From: Macrostomum lignano
Taxonomy: Eukaryota
Assembly (NCBI GenBank): GCA_002269645.1
Contig: NIVC01000592.1
Coordinates: 372,001 to 436,000 of the forward strand
DNA: 64,000 bases
Reading direction: 5' to 3'
Shown here: positions 54,193 through 64,000 of the stretch, piece after piece
Numbering within the stretch: the stretch's first letter is position 1
How the letters are laid out: the number at the start of each line of letters is the position of its first letter
Made by a program: the position numbers and the translations under genes
Notes under the pieces: generated by a model
Told to the model about the DNA's origin: nothing
Databases searched by the model: none
Seen by the model: the letters and a program-made list of their open reading frames with translations, nothing else

Positions 54193-54930
54193 GCTTTTGG
54201 CAGCCTATTTGGGCTTACGCGCATTTAATTTAATCCAAGATAGGTTTGCCAATGTACCGGAGCTTTTGTCTATGGTAGCAAGACTGCCACAGCGGCACTT
54301 AATTTGGTCCAACAAGCATCAATTTGGTCCAGATTCTTGTGAGCCAATGGCAAGCTCTTGCCTTCTTGCAACTGCCTAAGGGAATGTCAGCGTCTGTACC
54401 AGCAATTTTCAGTCGCTTTTCCAGAGCTCTGCTGATAGTCCAAATCTGATAACCAACTGGAACTTTTCCTTCAACTGCTGCTGCATTTTCTGCAACGTCA
54501 ACAAAGGGTTCGTCTCAATTGCATTAAGTAGCAGTTGGACCTGAGTCTCTAGCAACTTGCCGTGGCGATTGCCACCTTACCACAGGCGACCTATGCCAGA
54601 AGTGGTTTTAACACGCAGATGGATGCTGTAAACCATTTTTCTTCTATATTCAGCAGCCTTGCAATGTCCTTTGGGTGTTCACCTCTGTTGAGTGCTTTGA
54701 TGACAAGTCAGTGGCATACGTTCGACAACCTAGCATGGTTCACAATTCTGGGGCTGATCTTGCTCCTCTGCAACAGTTGAAAATAAAGCTATGGACCAAA
54801 CTTATGCTTGTTGGACCAAATTAAGTGCCGCTGTGGCAGTCTTGCTACCATAGACAAAGGCTCCGGTACATTGGCAAACCTATCTTGGATTAAATTAAAT
54901 GCGTGTCAGCCGAAATAGGCTGCCAAAAGC
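54193..54930 (-). mobile_element. Internally deleted, non-autonomous Tc1/IS630-like DNA transposon with ~140-bp TIRs
   Basis: Inverted arms ~54193-54331 and ~54792-54930 (gcttttggcagcctattt...ttggtcca). The - strand interior encodes a frameshifted HTH fragment LVIKALNRGEHPKDIARLLNI/GGNRHGKLLETQVQLLLNAIETNPLLTLQKMQQQLKEKF/TISRAL. TA at the right end. Confidence 0.72.
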
Positions 54931-54934
54931 TATA

Positions 54935-57032
54935 CTCTTGCGTATATGTACAATGCTTTTGGCAAAATTGTCTCACAACGACTGGCGAGGCAATTGTACC
55001 CATTATTGCTGATTTCTGACCACATGTACACACAGCACATGCTCACATAGCACATGCTCACACAGCACATGCTCACACAGAGTGTACAGCAGGCTTGATT
55101 ATACAATGGATGCCAGAGCATGTGCGAGGGATGTTCCATAAGTACTTATACTTTTGCATGCTGCTCAGGAACTACGCAACCAATCATTGTAAGTTTTATG
55201 TCGCTGGAAAGCGGCTTTACTCATCTTTAATCTGTCGCCAAAATCATTTCGTTCTGTCAACTATGTCAAAAGTTACAACAAAAAACGTAGTCAAAGGTCA
55301 CCATAGACTTACAAGAAATTTTCAAAATCAAAACTTCAAAGTTCAGCACGCAGAGTTATTTCGGATTCTACATAATGCATTCTTTTTTGCTTCATAAGCG
55401 AATGCCACACCCTTTTCGTCTATGGAAAATACTGGCCTAAGCTTTCACAGCATCTTAATCTTGTAAAGTTTCACCACCTTGGCTGCTGCTGCATCACCAT
55501 GGATGTGAACTCAAGGGAAGGACAGCGCGCTGCAATTTTTACCCTCTGGAAACTCGGAAAAAAGCGATCAGAGATTTATGCGGATTTATGCAACATTCAT
55601 GGAGCTAATGCGGTGAGCAGGATGACCGTCTACAACTGGGTTGAGCAGTTCGAAGCAGGAAGGACCAATGTTGCTGATTTGCCGAGGTCGGGCCGCCCCT
55701 GCACATCAGGCTCTGATGCTCTCACCGATCGAATTCTTGATCTGCTGGACGAAGATTGTCGGCTAACGATTCGACAGATTGCAGATAGACTGGACACGCC
55801 GAGCACAACTGTGCATCGCTGCTTGTCGCGCATGGACTTTGTCAAGCTGACTGCTCGTTGGGTGCCACGCCTACTCACCTCGGACTTGAGACTGCAGAGG
55901 CAGCAGATTTGTCAGGCCAATATTCGGATGATGGAAGAATACGGTGGTTGGGATCTCTTCCATCGAATGATAGTCACTGGAGATGAAACCTGGATTCCCC
56001 ATTTTGATCCACCAACGAAACGTGATTCCCAGGTCTGGATGCTGAAGGGCTCTGATCCTCCGGTAAAAGCTCAAAGGGACGCACATGGAAAGAAGATCAT
56101 GCTGTCTCTGTTTTTCGACTGCAATGGTCCTCTAACTGTCGAGTTTTTGGAGCCAAACACTACAATAAACTCTGAGCGCTACGTTGAAACGCTAACAAAG
56201 CTGCATCATGACATCCAGAACAAGCGTCGTGAAAATCCCAGACCTTTCATTCTTCATCATGACAATGCAAGGCCTCATACAGCACAAAAGACAGTCGAGG
56301 CAATCAGCAAGCTGAAGCTCCATCTTCTACCTCACCCTCCTTACTCTCCAGACCTGGCACCAGCAGACTTTGCTTTATTTCCAGAGTTGAAGCGCCATCT
56401 GAAAGGACGCGTGTACGAGACCAGGAACCAGATCGAGGAGGAAGTCCGCAGAATTCTGCTGTATGTCATCCCCCGACAGCTGTACGCAGAAGCCATCAAA
56501 AGCATGTTTAACAGGTGGACCAAGTGCATCAACTCCGGTGGAAACTACGTTGAGAAGGTGTCGGTACCGACCGAGGATGAGTGACAAAGAAGTCAAACTT
56601 TCTGTCATCAACAACGCGCCTCTGTTTTCATGCTTGCCATTGTAGTTGTTGCTCTTTAAATTTCTTGTAAGTCTATGGGTAACCTTTGACTACGTTTTTT
56701 GTTGTAACTTTTGACATAGTTGACAGAACGAAATGATTTTGGCGACAGATTAAAGATGAGTAAAGCCGCTTTCCACCGACATAAAACTTACAATGATTGG
56801 TTGCGTAGTTCCTGAGCAGCATGCAAAAGTATAAGTACTTATGGAACATCCCTCCATCCATTGTATAATCAAGCCTGCTGTACACTCTGTGTGAGCATGT
56901 GCTGTGTGAGCATGTGCTATGTGAGCATGTGCTGTGTGTACATGTGGTCAGAAATCAGCAATAATGGGTACAATTGCCTCGCCAGTCATTGTGAGACAAT
57001 TTTGCCAAAAGCATTGTACATATACGCAAGAG
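54935..57032 (+). mobile_element. Mariner DNA transposon with ~380-bp TIRs and TA TSD
   Basis: Left TIR 54935-55321 and right TIR 56658-57032 are reverse complements apart from a 13-bp indel, a 1-bp indel and a few substitutions. TA at 54933-54934 and 57033-57034. Confidence 0.93.
55499..56584 (+). CDS. Mariner transposase, intact, D,D34D (irritans-like), 361 aa
   Basis: Uninterrupted ATG-TGA ORF: bipartite HTH, GRP, WVPRLL, TGDETW, HHDNARPH, YSPDLAPADF. 34 residues counted between the second and third catalytic Asp. Confidence 0.97.
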   Translation: MDVNSREGQRAAIFTLWKLGKKRSEIYADLCNIHGANAVSRMTVYNWVEQFEAGRTNVADLPRSGRPCTSGSDALTDRILDLLDEDCRLTIRQIADRLDTPSTTVHRCLSRMDFVKLTARWVPRLLTSDLRLQRQQICQANIRMMEEYGGWDLFHRMIVTGDETWIPHFDPPTKRDSQVWMLKGSDPPVKAQRDAHGKKIMLSLFFDCNGPLTVEFLEPNTTINSERYVETLTKLHHDIQNKRRENPRPFILHHDNARPHTAQKTVEAISKLKLHLLPHPPYSPDLAPADFALFPELKRHLKGRVYETRNQIEEEVRRILLYVIPRQLYAEAIKSMFNRWTKCINSGGNYVEKVSVPTEDE

Positions 57033-60000
57033 TAATTTTCAAGTATATATATGCACTGTATCTTAGGGCTGGCACAAGAGTCAAAATGCACTTGCAGCTA
57101 AGCTACGCTGCTCTCTGCCAGAAACACAAAACAGCTCCATAGTTTTCAGAGCTATTCCTAAGAGACAAGCAATAGAATCTCTAAGAAATATAGAATCCCA
57201 TTGAAATTGAGTCAGGTTGCTACAATGCCTAAATCATGGATCAACTTGGGATTTTTATGAAGTTATCATGCTTTAAATTATTAAGCATTAGTTTTTTCTT
57301 AAAACATAGGTCTTATATTTGAGATAAATATCCTAATGAAATTTGGTAATATACTATGTATATTTAATATTAATAATAATACTATTTGCTTTGAAAAAGT
57401 TATAAAACTTTTCTATCTAATAGTCTTACTTAATATTAGCTTTTTAAAAACTATAAAAGGATTATCATAGTAGTTTATATAACAAACAAGATACTAGCCT
57501 GCTAAATAGAACAAACTGAATATAGTCTAAACTGTACACATTTTTTCTGCATATTTGTTGAGTTGGCAAAATAAGCAACAATGCTTCTTGTTGGTTATAT
57601 GAGAATGCCATTTAATTCTCAAATAAAATTTTGGGATTTAATAAACCCAAAATATGTTTTGCTATATATCTTATAGAGAATTTTCTACTATTTGGTCATA
57701 ACCTTTAGAGGATTAAATTGTACTTAGATACATATAGCATTCTTGCTTCTAATAAAAGAGTGTAAACTCTTATAAAGGATATTCAATATTCTAAATTATA
57801 TTAAGGTTTAAGTAAATATTAGGCCAAACACAAAATATATATATTTTTTAAATTTTTAGCTTATAAATTTAAAATATAAGATAGATACCTACTAACAAAA
57901 CATTTTTTGCATATGGATCATAATAAAAAATATTTTTAAAGATTATAATTTGGCTATTTTTACTTTATAAATTAGTTGGTCTACTATACAAGGATTTTTA
58001 TAGATTCCTAAAAATAAACCATAGCTAGGCATAAGATCTTATATACTAAATCTTAAAAAGCCTATGGGCTATAGATGCACAATACTATAAATTGAACATA
58101 AAATATTTAAGTTTTAACCAAAATTTTAAAGCATAAAAATATTTTTTAATATAAATTATAAGCCTAATGGGGCTATAAAGATAAATTTAATCAATAATCT
58201 AATTAATTATTACTGATTAAAAAAGACTAAAAAGCCCTTTGTCTATATAACTTAAGCAATTTTAGGTAGCCTAGGCCTAAGCATTTTATATAGGCCTACT
58301 TGAATTTTATCAAGTAAAATAGCTTAGGTCTTTTGAAGATTGCAGAATAAGAACTAGTGATAGATCCAAACATTTGGATTTGGAATCTGAAAAAATGTCA
58401 AACTTTTTTAGAAATATGAATGTTTTAGATTAGGAATTTTTATTTATCAAATATTTCCCAATGTGCTTCCAAATATGAAAAAAGTCAAGAAACCTCAAGT
58501 CGCAAAAACATTTTGGTAGTCATTGTTTAAGTGTAATCATTAGTTGGATTTTTACAAAATGCAAATACATGAATTTATGGTAAAAGTTTTCAAATAGCAA
58601 AGATGTAACAGTAGTTAGTATTAATAATTAGAATTAGCTAGATTAGTTATATAAGAATTAAGTTTGAATCAAACTTATTTATTCTTTACTAAGTTTTAAT
58701 TCTTGCAATTTTGCTTGAATTTCACTTGAAGAGTAGACTAGTTGCTTACTTAGATTACTAATTAGATGATGAAGGATTTTGTTATTTAAAAGTGTTAAAG
58801 TTATTACTGCCATTTACCTTTTACTTTTCAGTTACTTTTGGAAACACATTTGGATATTTGGATTTGAATTAGGAAATTTTTGTACTTTTAGATTCAGTTT
58901 TAGAAATTTGCAAAAATTTATATCTGGTCTATCACTAATTTTGTTAAACTGGCATGTTTCTTAAATTAAAAAAATCAACTTGATTTCATTTAATTTACTA
59001 TATCCTATATACACGGCTACACTTTGCATATATACAAGACTTAATTAGATAAAGACAATATCTATCAACAATACTATATGATATACAGTTTTAATCAAAA
59101 TTATAAAATGTGAGAAATCTATTTTAATATTGTTTCTTGAGTCATGTGCTTATATTTGATTTTTCAACAAATTAAGACAAAAAATTAAATAAAATGAGAC
59201 AAAATGAATAATATCTTGTTATTTTAAAGTAAAAAGATATTGCAAAGCAGTTATTAATAAATAAAGGCTTTTTTATATCTAACTCTAATTTATAATTTAA
59301 GCACCAAAAAACAAACTGTGGCATTGAAATACTAAGTACTAAAAAGCATAGGCACTAAAAAGCATAGATACTATATGTCTATAGCAATAATATTTAAAAG
59401 TCTCATTTTACTTAGACTTAGATAAGGTTGCAGTGACCTTGTACTAGGGACTAACCTTTTTTAACCTTCTAATACACTAAAAATAAAATTCTTGCTTGTA
59501 TGTGTGCAATTGATTATTTCCCAAAAGGCTCAACCAATTTTCTTCCTTTTTGCCAAAATTTTATACAAGGTGGCCTATATTCAATATAAACATTTCATTT
59601 TAGAAAATTTTGCCTAAATGGTATTTTTTCTATATTTTAGGCATCTTAAATTCTAACATGCTTCTTGAATTCTAGAATGTTCTACAAGAGACTAGGCCTA
59701 TAAATATAGGCAGTTGTTATTTATTAGACAATTAGCAATATGGTTATTTGTCCAGTTACTGAATAATAGCCACGTTTCCTTATTCATCCAGTTAATACCA
59801 GACAAATAGGCATTTTGTTATTTGTCCAGTTATATTAATAATCTATTTTACAGAACTACAAAGGTGAATATTCTTGGATTTCAAAGATTTCTTACTCCTA
59901 TCTTGATTATTGTTGTTGTACTAGTGTATATCTTAAGTTATAAAATTATGGTGAATTGCATACACACCATAGTTTTATCATGCTGGGTACACACCTGAAA

Positions 60001-60492
60001 AAATTGAATAATTACAAATGCATGCTGAAAAAATGTAGTGCACACCCATTTTTAAAAAAATAGGCCAGTGTTGTGACAATCAATGACTTTTTTATGTTGT
60101 GACCAAAAAGACATTTTTTTAAATTGCGCAATAGACCCTTATTACTAGATAATTTGGTTGCTTTTTATGCTTTTTTGGTGATACTATTTATAACCTAGCA
60201 AAAAATTTATACACAAAGATTTGTTTAAATGCTTTTTTATGAGCTTGAAAAAAGTGGAAAGCTTGAAATTTGCACTTAAAAATGAACTTTTTTCATCTTT
60301 TTTATTTCAAAATAACTCTTATGTCTGATTCTATAAAGTGCATACTAGGTATGCACGCATATTATTTTCTTAAGAATGATGCATGCCAACTGTGCATGCC
60401 TAATTTTGGCGTACAAGGCCAATGCATACCCGAATTTTTAGGCATAGGCCATATACTACATGATCTAGAGTGTGGCATACACATTATGTATA

Positions 60493-61278
60493 TGGCTCAT
60501 TCCATATAAGATGAACATTTTTGGAAAATAGAAAAAAGTCAATATTTTTGCTTGCCATTGCCTTATCAGCCAATTTTTTTACCAAATGTTTTATGTGTAA
60601 TATCTACAATCTAAGAATAAATAAATGATAGAATGTTGGATTAGTATGTTATCAAGTGGCAAAAAGTCATTTTTGTAAAAATTTGGACATTTTTCTAAGC
60701 AAAAGACATCATTAAGTTTGTGTACCTTTTAAAAACAAATAGAAAGCTTTGGAAGGTTGAAACAAACTATAGATAAAAGTATAGTACTTGCATCATCAGA
60801 TAAAAGTATTGGTGACCAAATAATCTATTATATTTTTAATATATTGGTACCTCAAAGTTACTGAATTGACAGAAAAAAATATGTTACGACCATAATGTTA
60901 CGACCATAAGGCTGCCTTTTCTTTTGTATCTTTGTTGCCTTTTGAGTTTATATATTTTACAAAAAGAGTATGATTACTGAAGATGTTGTTAGTCAAATTT
61001 TAAAAAATGTATTGCAAAATATCAAAAATAAAAAATGTTATAAGACTTTTATCTTTTAGTTTCTATATGTCAAAAATCCTGTTGTTACGACCATAAGTGC
61101 CATTCAAGGTTTAATAGCATCTATACTAATGATGATATCTATATGAAACTCTATAAAAATATTCTTGACAAAATTATCTTTCATTTAAATATTGGTCTAG
61201 TATATTCTATTATTATATTTCATTTTATAAGTAAAAATAGTCTGTCATGTTACGACCGTGCTTATATGGAATGAGCCA
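60493..61278. mobile_element. AT-rich MITE-like element, 18-bp TIR, TA TSD
   Basis: atatggctcattccatataag (60490-60510) is the exact reverse complement of cttatatggaatgagccatat (61261-61281). Internal repeated motif tgttacgaccataag. Confidence 0.65.
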
Positions 61279-63283
61279 TATCTGCTTTGCTTGCACTAGT
61301 ATATAACAAAATATTAATCAAGATATAAAAATGTCTTAAAAATCTAAAATATTCTTCATTAAATAAATAGATACTTGTATTAGCAATTTAACTAGACAAA
61401 AAGCAAATAGGCTGTTTGTCAAGTCATTGGAGAAATAACAATTACCATAAATATATGCTAAGCACTTAGCCAATAACAGGTGTCTTTTTGCTCATTTGCT
61501 TTCACTAAATTTGTTTAACCAAACATCTTTCAAGAACCATTGCCTTTATGCCTTGTTTATTTAATGCCATTATAGAGTCTTTATTAATTTATATAAAACT
61601 TATACATCTAAATATACTAAATCTCTAAGGTTTGTATGCTTGCTTGCTTGCTTGAATGTTCATAACGCTCTAGAGCGAGCAATTAATATAATAGGCCCTA
61701 AAAATCTATGTCATGAACATTGATTAATTAGACATTTAGTAATTTCTTAGGCCTATACTTTAAATTTAAACTAGGCTAGAGCAAGACCATTCTAAATAAA
61801 TTATATTAGTAATTAGTATTATTAGCCTTAGCCTATATATGCTATTACATAATATTATCTAACAATTGAGGTATAGAAATAGGCCTATACTATACATTAC
61901 TGCAATTACATTACAATATAAAATTATAAGTCTGAATATATATATAAGACATTTTTAACGCGATTGCGTGTAATTTGAGACCTGAAAGGTCTATGTCTAT
62001 GACTGCAAGATGCAGATACAAGCACAAGCTCATTTATTCAGTAAACGACAATAATAGACTACGAAGACTACGAAGACACTAATATAACAGACACGTTGAG
62101 TCTAATATATAGCGTTTGATTTTATTAGTTTTGAAACGTTCAAGTGTATTTCTTTCAAAAAAAACAACTAGACATGGTTTCTTAGAAATTGTGCTAATTT
62201 TTACTTTTCTCATTTGCATCCCATATTTTTATAATATTGAGTGTGATTTTTTAGGACACCAAAGTAAATTTCCAGCAAATCCTATTGCAGAGTTGACACC
62301 CCTATTAATTTGTTCACAATTGTGTTAACAATAGCCGTTCGCGTTTAACATTTCATTATCGAATCCAGAAGTAGAAGGAAGTTAGACTCGATTTACTGCA
62401 AAAATGAGCTGAAGACCAGTAAAGAACGTATTTTGGTATTGCGAGGGCATTTAGTGTATGCGCTCCAAAAATTAAATTTCTGGAGAACCCCATTCAGCGC
62501 TGTTCGAAAGATCAACAACCGGACAAGGGAGCTGCATGACTTTATATAAATATGAAACGACACTGGCGTTACACGGGAGTTTTAATGAGAGGCCAAAACT
62601 CTCAGGGTGCCTTTTGGTGTCTTGTTTGGCGCCCCCGTCTCTTGGTTGGTGCAGCTAGGCACTCAGCTCCTTGGTGCGCGTTCCTATACATGTATCTCCA
62701 TAGTCGGGTCGGGTGGATGCCACATCCACAAGAAGTGGCAAAATTTGAGCTTCTATCATGCGTCCAGCTTAATTAAGTCTGTTATTTAATTTTAAAAAAG
62801 CATAATTGTGTGGGCCGATTGAGGATGGGAGGGCTGTTAAGCGTATAAGGCCGGTTGCCTACAGCTGTATGTGACAGATCATGATCGGCAGACCAATCAG
62901 AGCGAGGCTTCGGCATCAATGATATAGGCCAATTAGCTTTTATCAATCAAAACAATTAGGAGCTAATGCAAATAAAATTACATGTAAGAGCTAAATTCAC
63001 ATGCGAAGACTCGATCTTCTCAAATTGCTTTTTGGAGAACTCTAAAGCGCACAGCTCGCATGGAGGAACGCTCGTAAATTATAGTAAAAAATGTGGTGAG
63101 CTGAACCAAATATTAAAGAATACAAAGTATGTCGCCTTTCAATTGCAGTGCCAGATTACACCAACAAAACCTAGCTATAGACTGCTGCACCGGTTGCTCC
63201 AACAAATTACGATAAACCTATCTAATAACATTCCTTTTCAAAGGACCTTCTCGCTTCGGCCGTGCCTGACACTTCCGCTGCTT

Positions 63284-63573
63284 ATGGTGTTGATGACCGA
63301 ATTCGCAGCCGGCTTTAAATTCTTGGCCGCCGTGGTTGTCGAGGAGGCAGACGATGCGGGCGCTCCGTCAGTGCAGCCGGACTTCGTGGCATCGGTGTTC
63401 AGCCACACTGTGGTGCGCAACTGGAGGCTGTTGCCAGAGGACACATTGGCTTTCTTTGAAGTCCGATTCCCAGCAGATCGACCGCTGCAGGCAATCAAGC
63501 GAGGTAGGCTGATGAGAGCTCGGCTTCCCGGCAAGCTGGACGATGAGGTTGATCCGGTTTTTGTAGCATGCTC
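63284..63573 (+). CDS. Putative first coding exon of an uncharacterised gene
   Basis: GC-rich open stretch MVLMTEFAAGFKFLAAVVVEE...DEVDPVFVAC ending at TC|GTAAGG. Acceptor-like ttttcaaag at ~63243 and CCAAT boxes at ~62892 and ~62928. Product not recognised. Confidence 0.4.
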
Positions 63574-64000
63574 GTAAGGCGGGGATTATATGTGCTGTGC
63601 CCGAGTTCTATCAAGGTGCACTAATGTCCCTAAATTACCCCATTCGACAAACAAAAAGCTCTCAAACAGGGTTTTTTATGGTAATAAAGTACCACTTGAG
63701 CCATGCACACTCGCTCGATTACATACAAAGGAATTTCGTTTCCGTTTCCAATTTCTAACCTGCACTGAAAAGTACACGGCCACGGCGACGGGATTCCGAA
63801 CGCGATTATCCTGGTCGCCGGCTGCAGCTCGCTGACCGAGTTCGACCGCTTTTCAACATCTCTACAGCTTCCTCTGCTGTCGGTACCCACCGAGCTGTGC
63901 GACATCTCAGAGATTGGAAGTGAGCGAATTTATTACGCACTTATTTTAAATGCCTCTGGCCTTACTCTGCCGACGAATCTCCCCCAGACTTCACAGTGCT

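Noticed and set aside
57100-62300. Coding content in the very AT-rich block
   Set aside because: Only short low-complexity ORFs; apart from the MITE at 60.5-61.3 kb nothing is supportable.

Overview
Eukaryotic (metazoan) genomic DNA with GC-rich exons, GT-AG introns and a minisatellite array in most introns. The style, plus a flatworm spliced-leader-like hairpin, suggests a flatworm such as Macrostomum (inference only). Exon models were built by hand from splice sites and phase. Genes in order: MYND-finger gene (-), Shisa-like A (+), PLAC8/cornifelin (-), Shisa-like B (+), HADH (-), an unknown 173-aa gene (+), then FBXO47, MRPL43, an HMG-box gene and TEAD (all -; TEAD carries a 1-nt frameshift), and a possible gene start near 63.3 kb. 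Mobile DNA: a hAT MITE with 8-bp TSD, a TSD-flanked retroposon with an SL-like 5' hairpin, a Crypton (DUF3504-like) remnant, a deleted Tc1/IS630-like element, an intact D34D mariner with unusual ~380-bp compound TIRs, and a TA-flanked MITE. Most notable signals: (i) minisatellite units that mimic or copy splice sites, including a 6.8-kb branchpoint-pyrimidine-CAG|GT ladder behind FBXO47 and a six-fold copied 5' splice junction in TEAD; (ii) the SL-headed retroposon; (iii) an operon-like TEAD-HMG-MRPL43-FBXO47 run; (iv) Shisa paralogues with an extracellular Ser/Tyr/Arg module. No rRNA, tRNA or CRISPR features were found.
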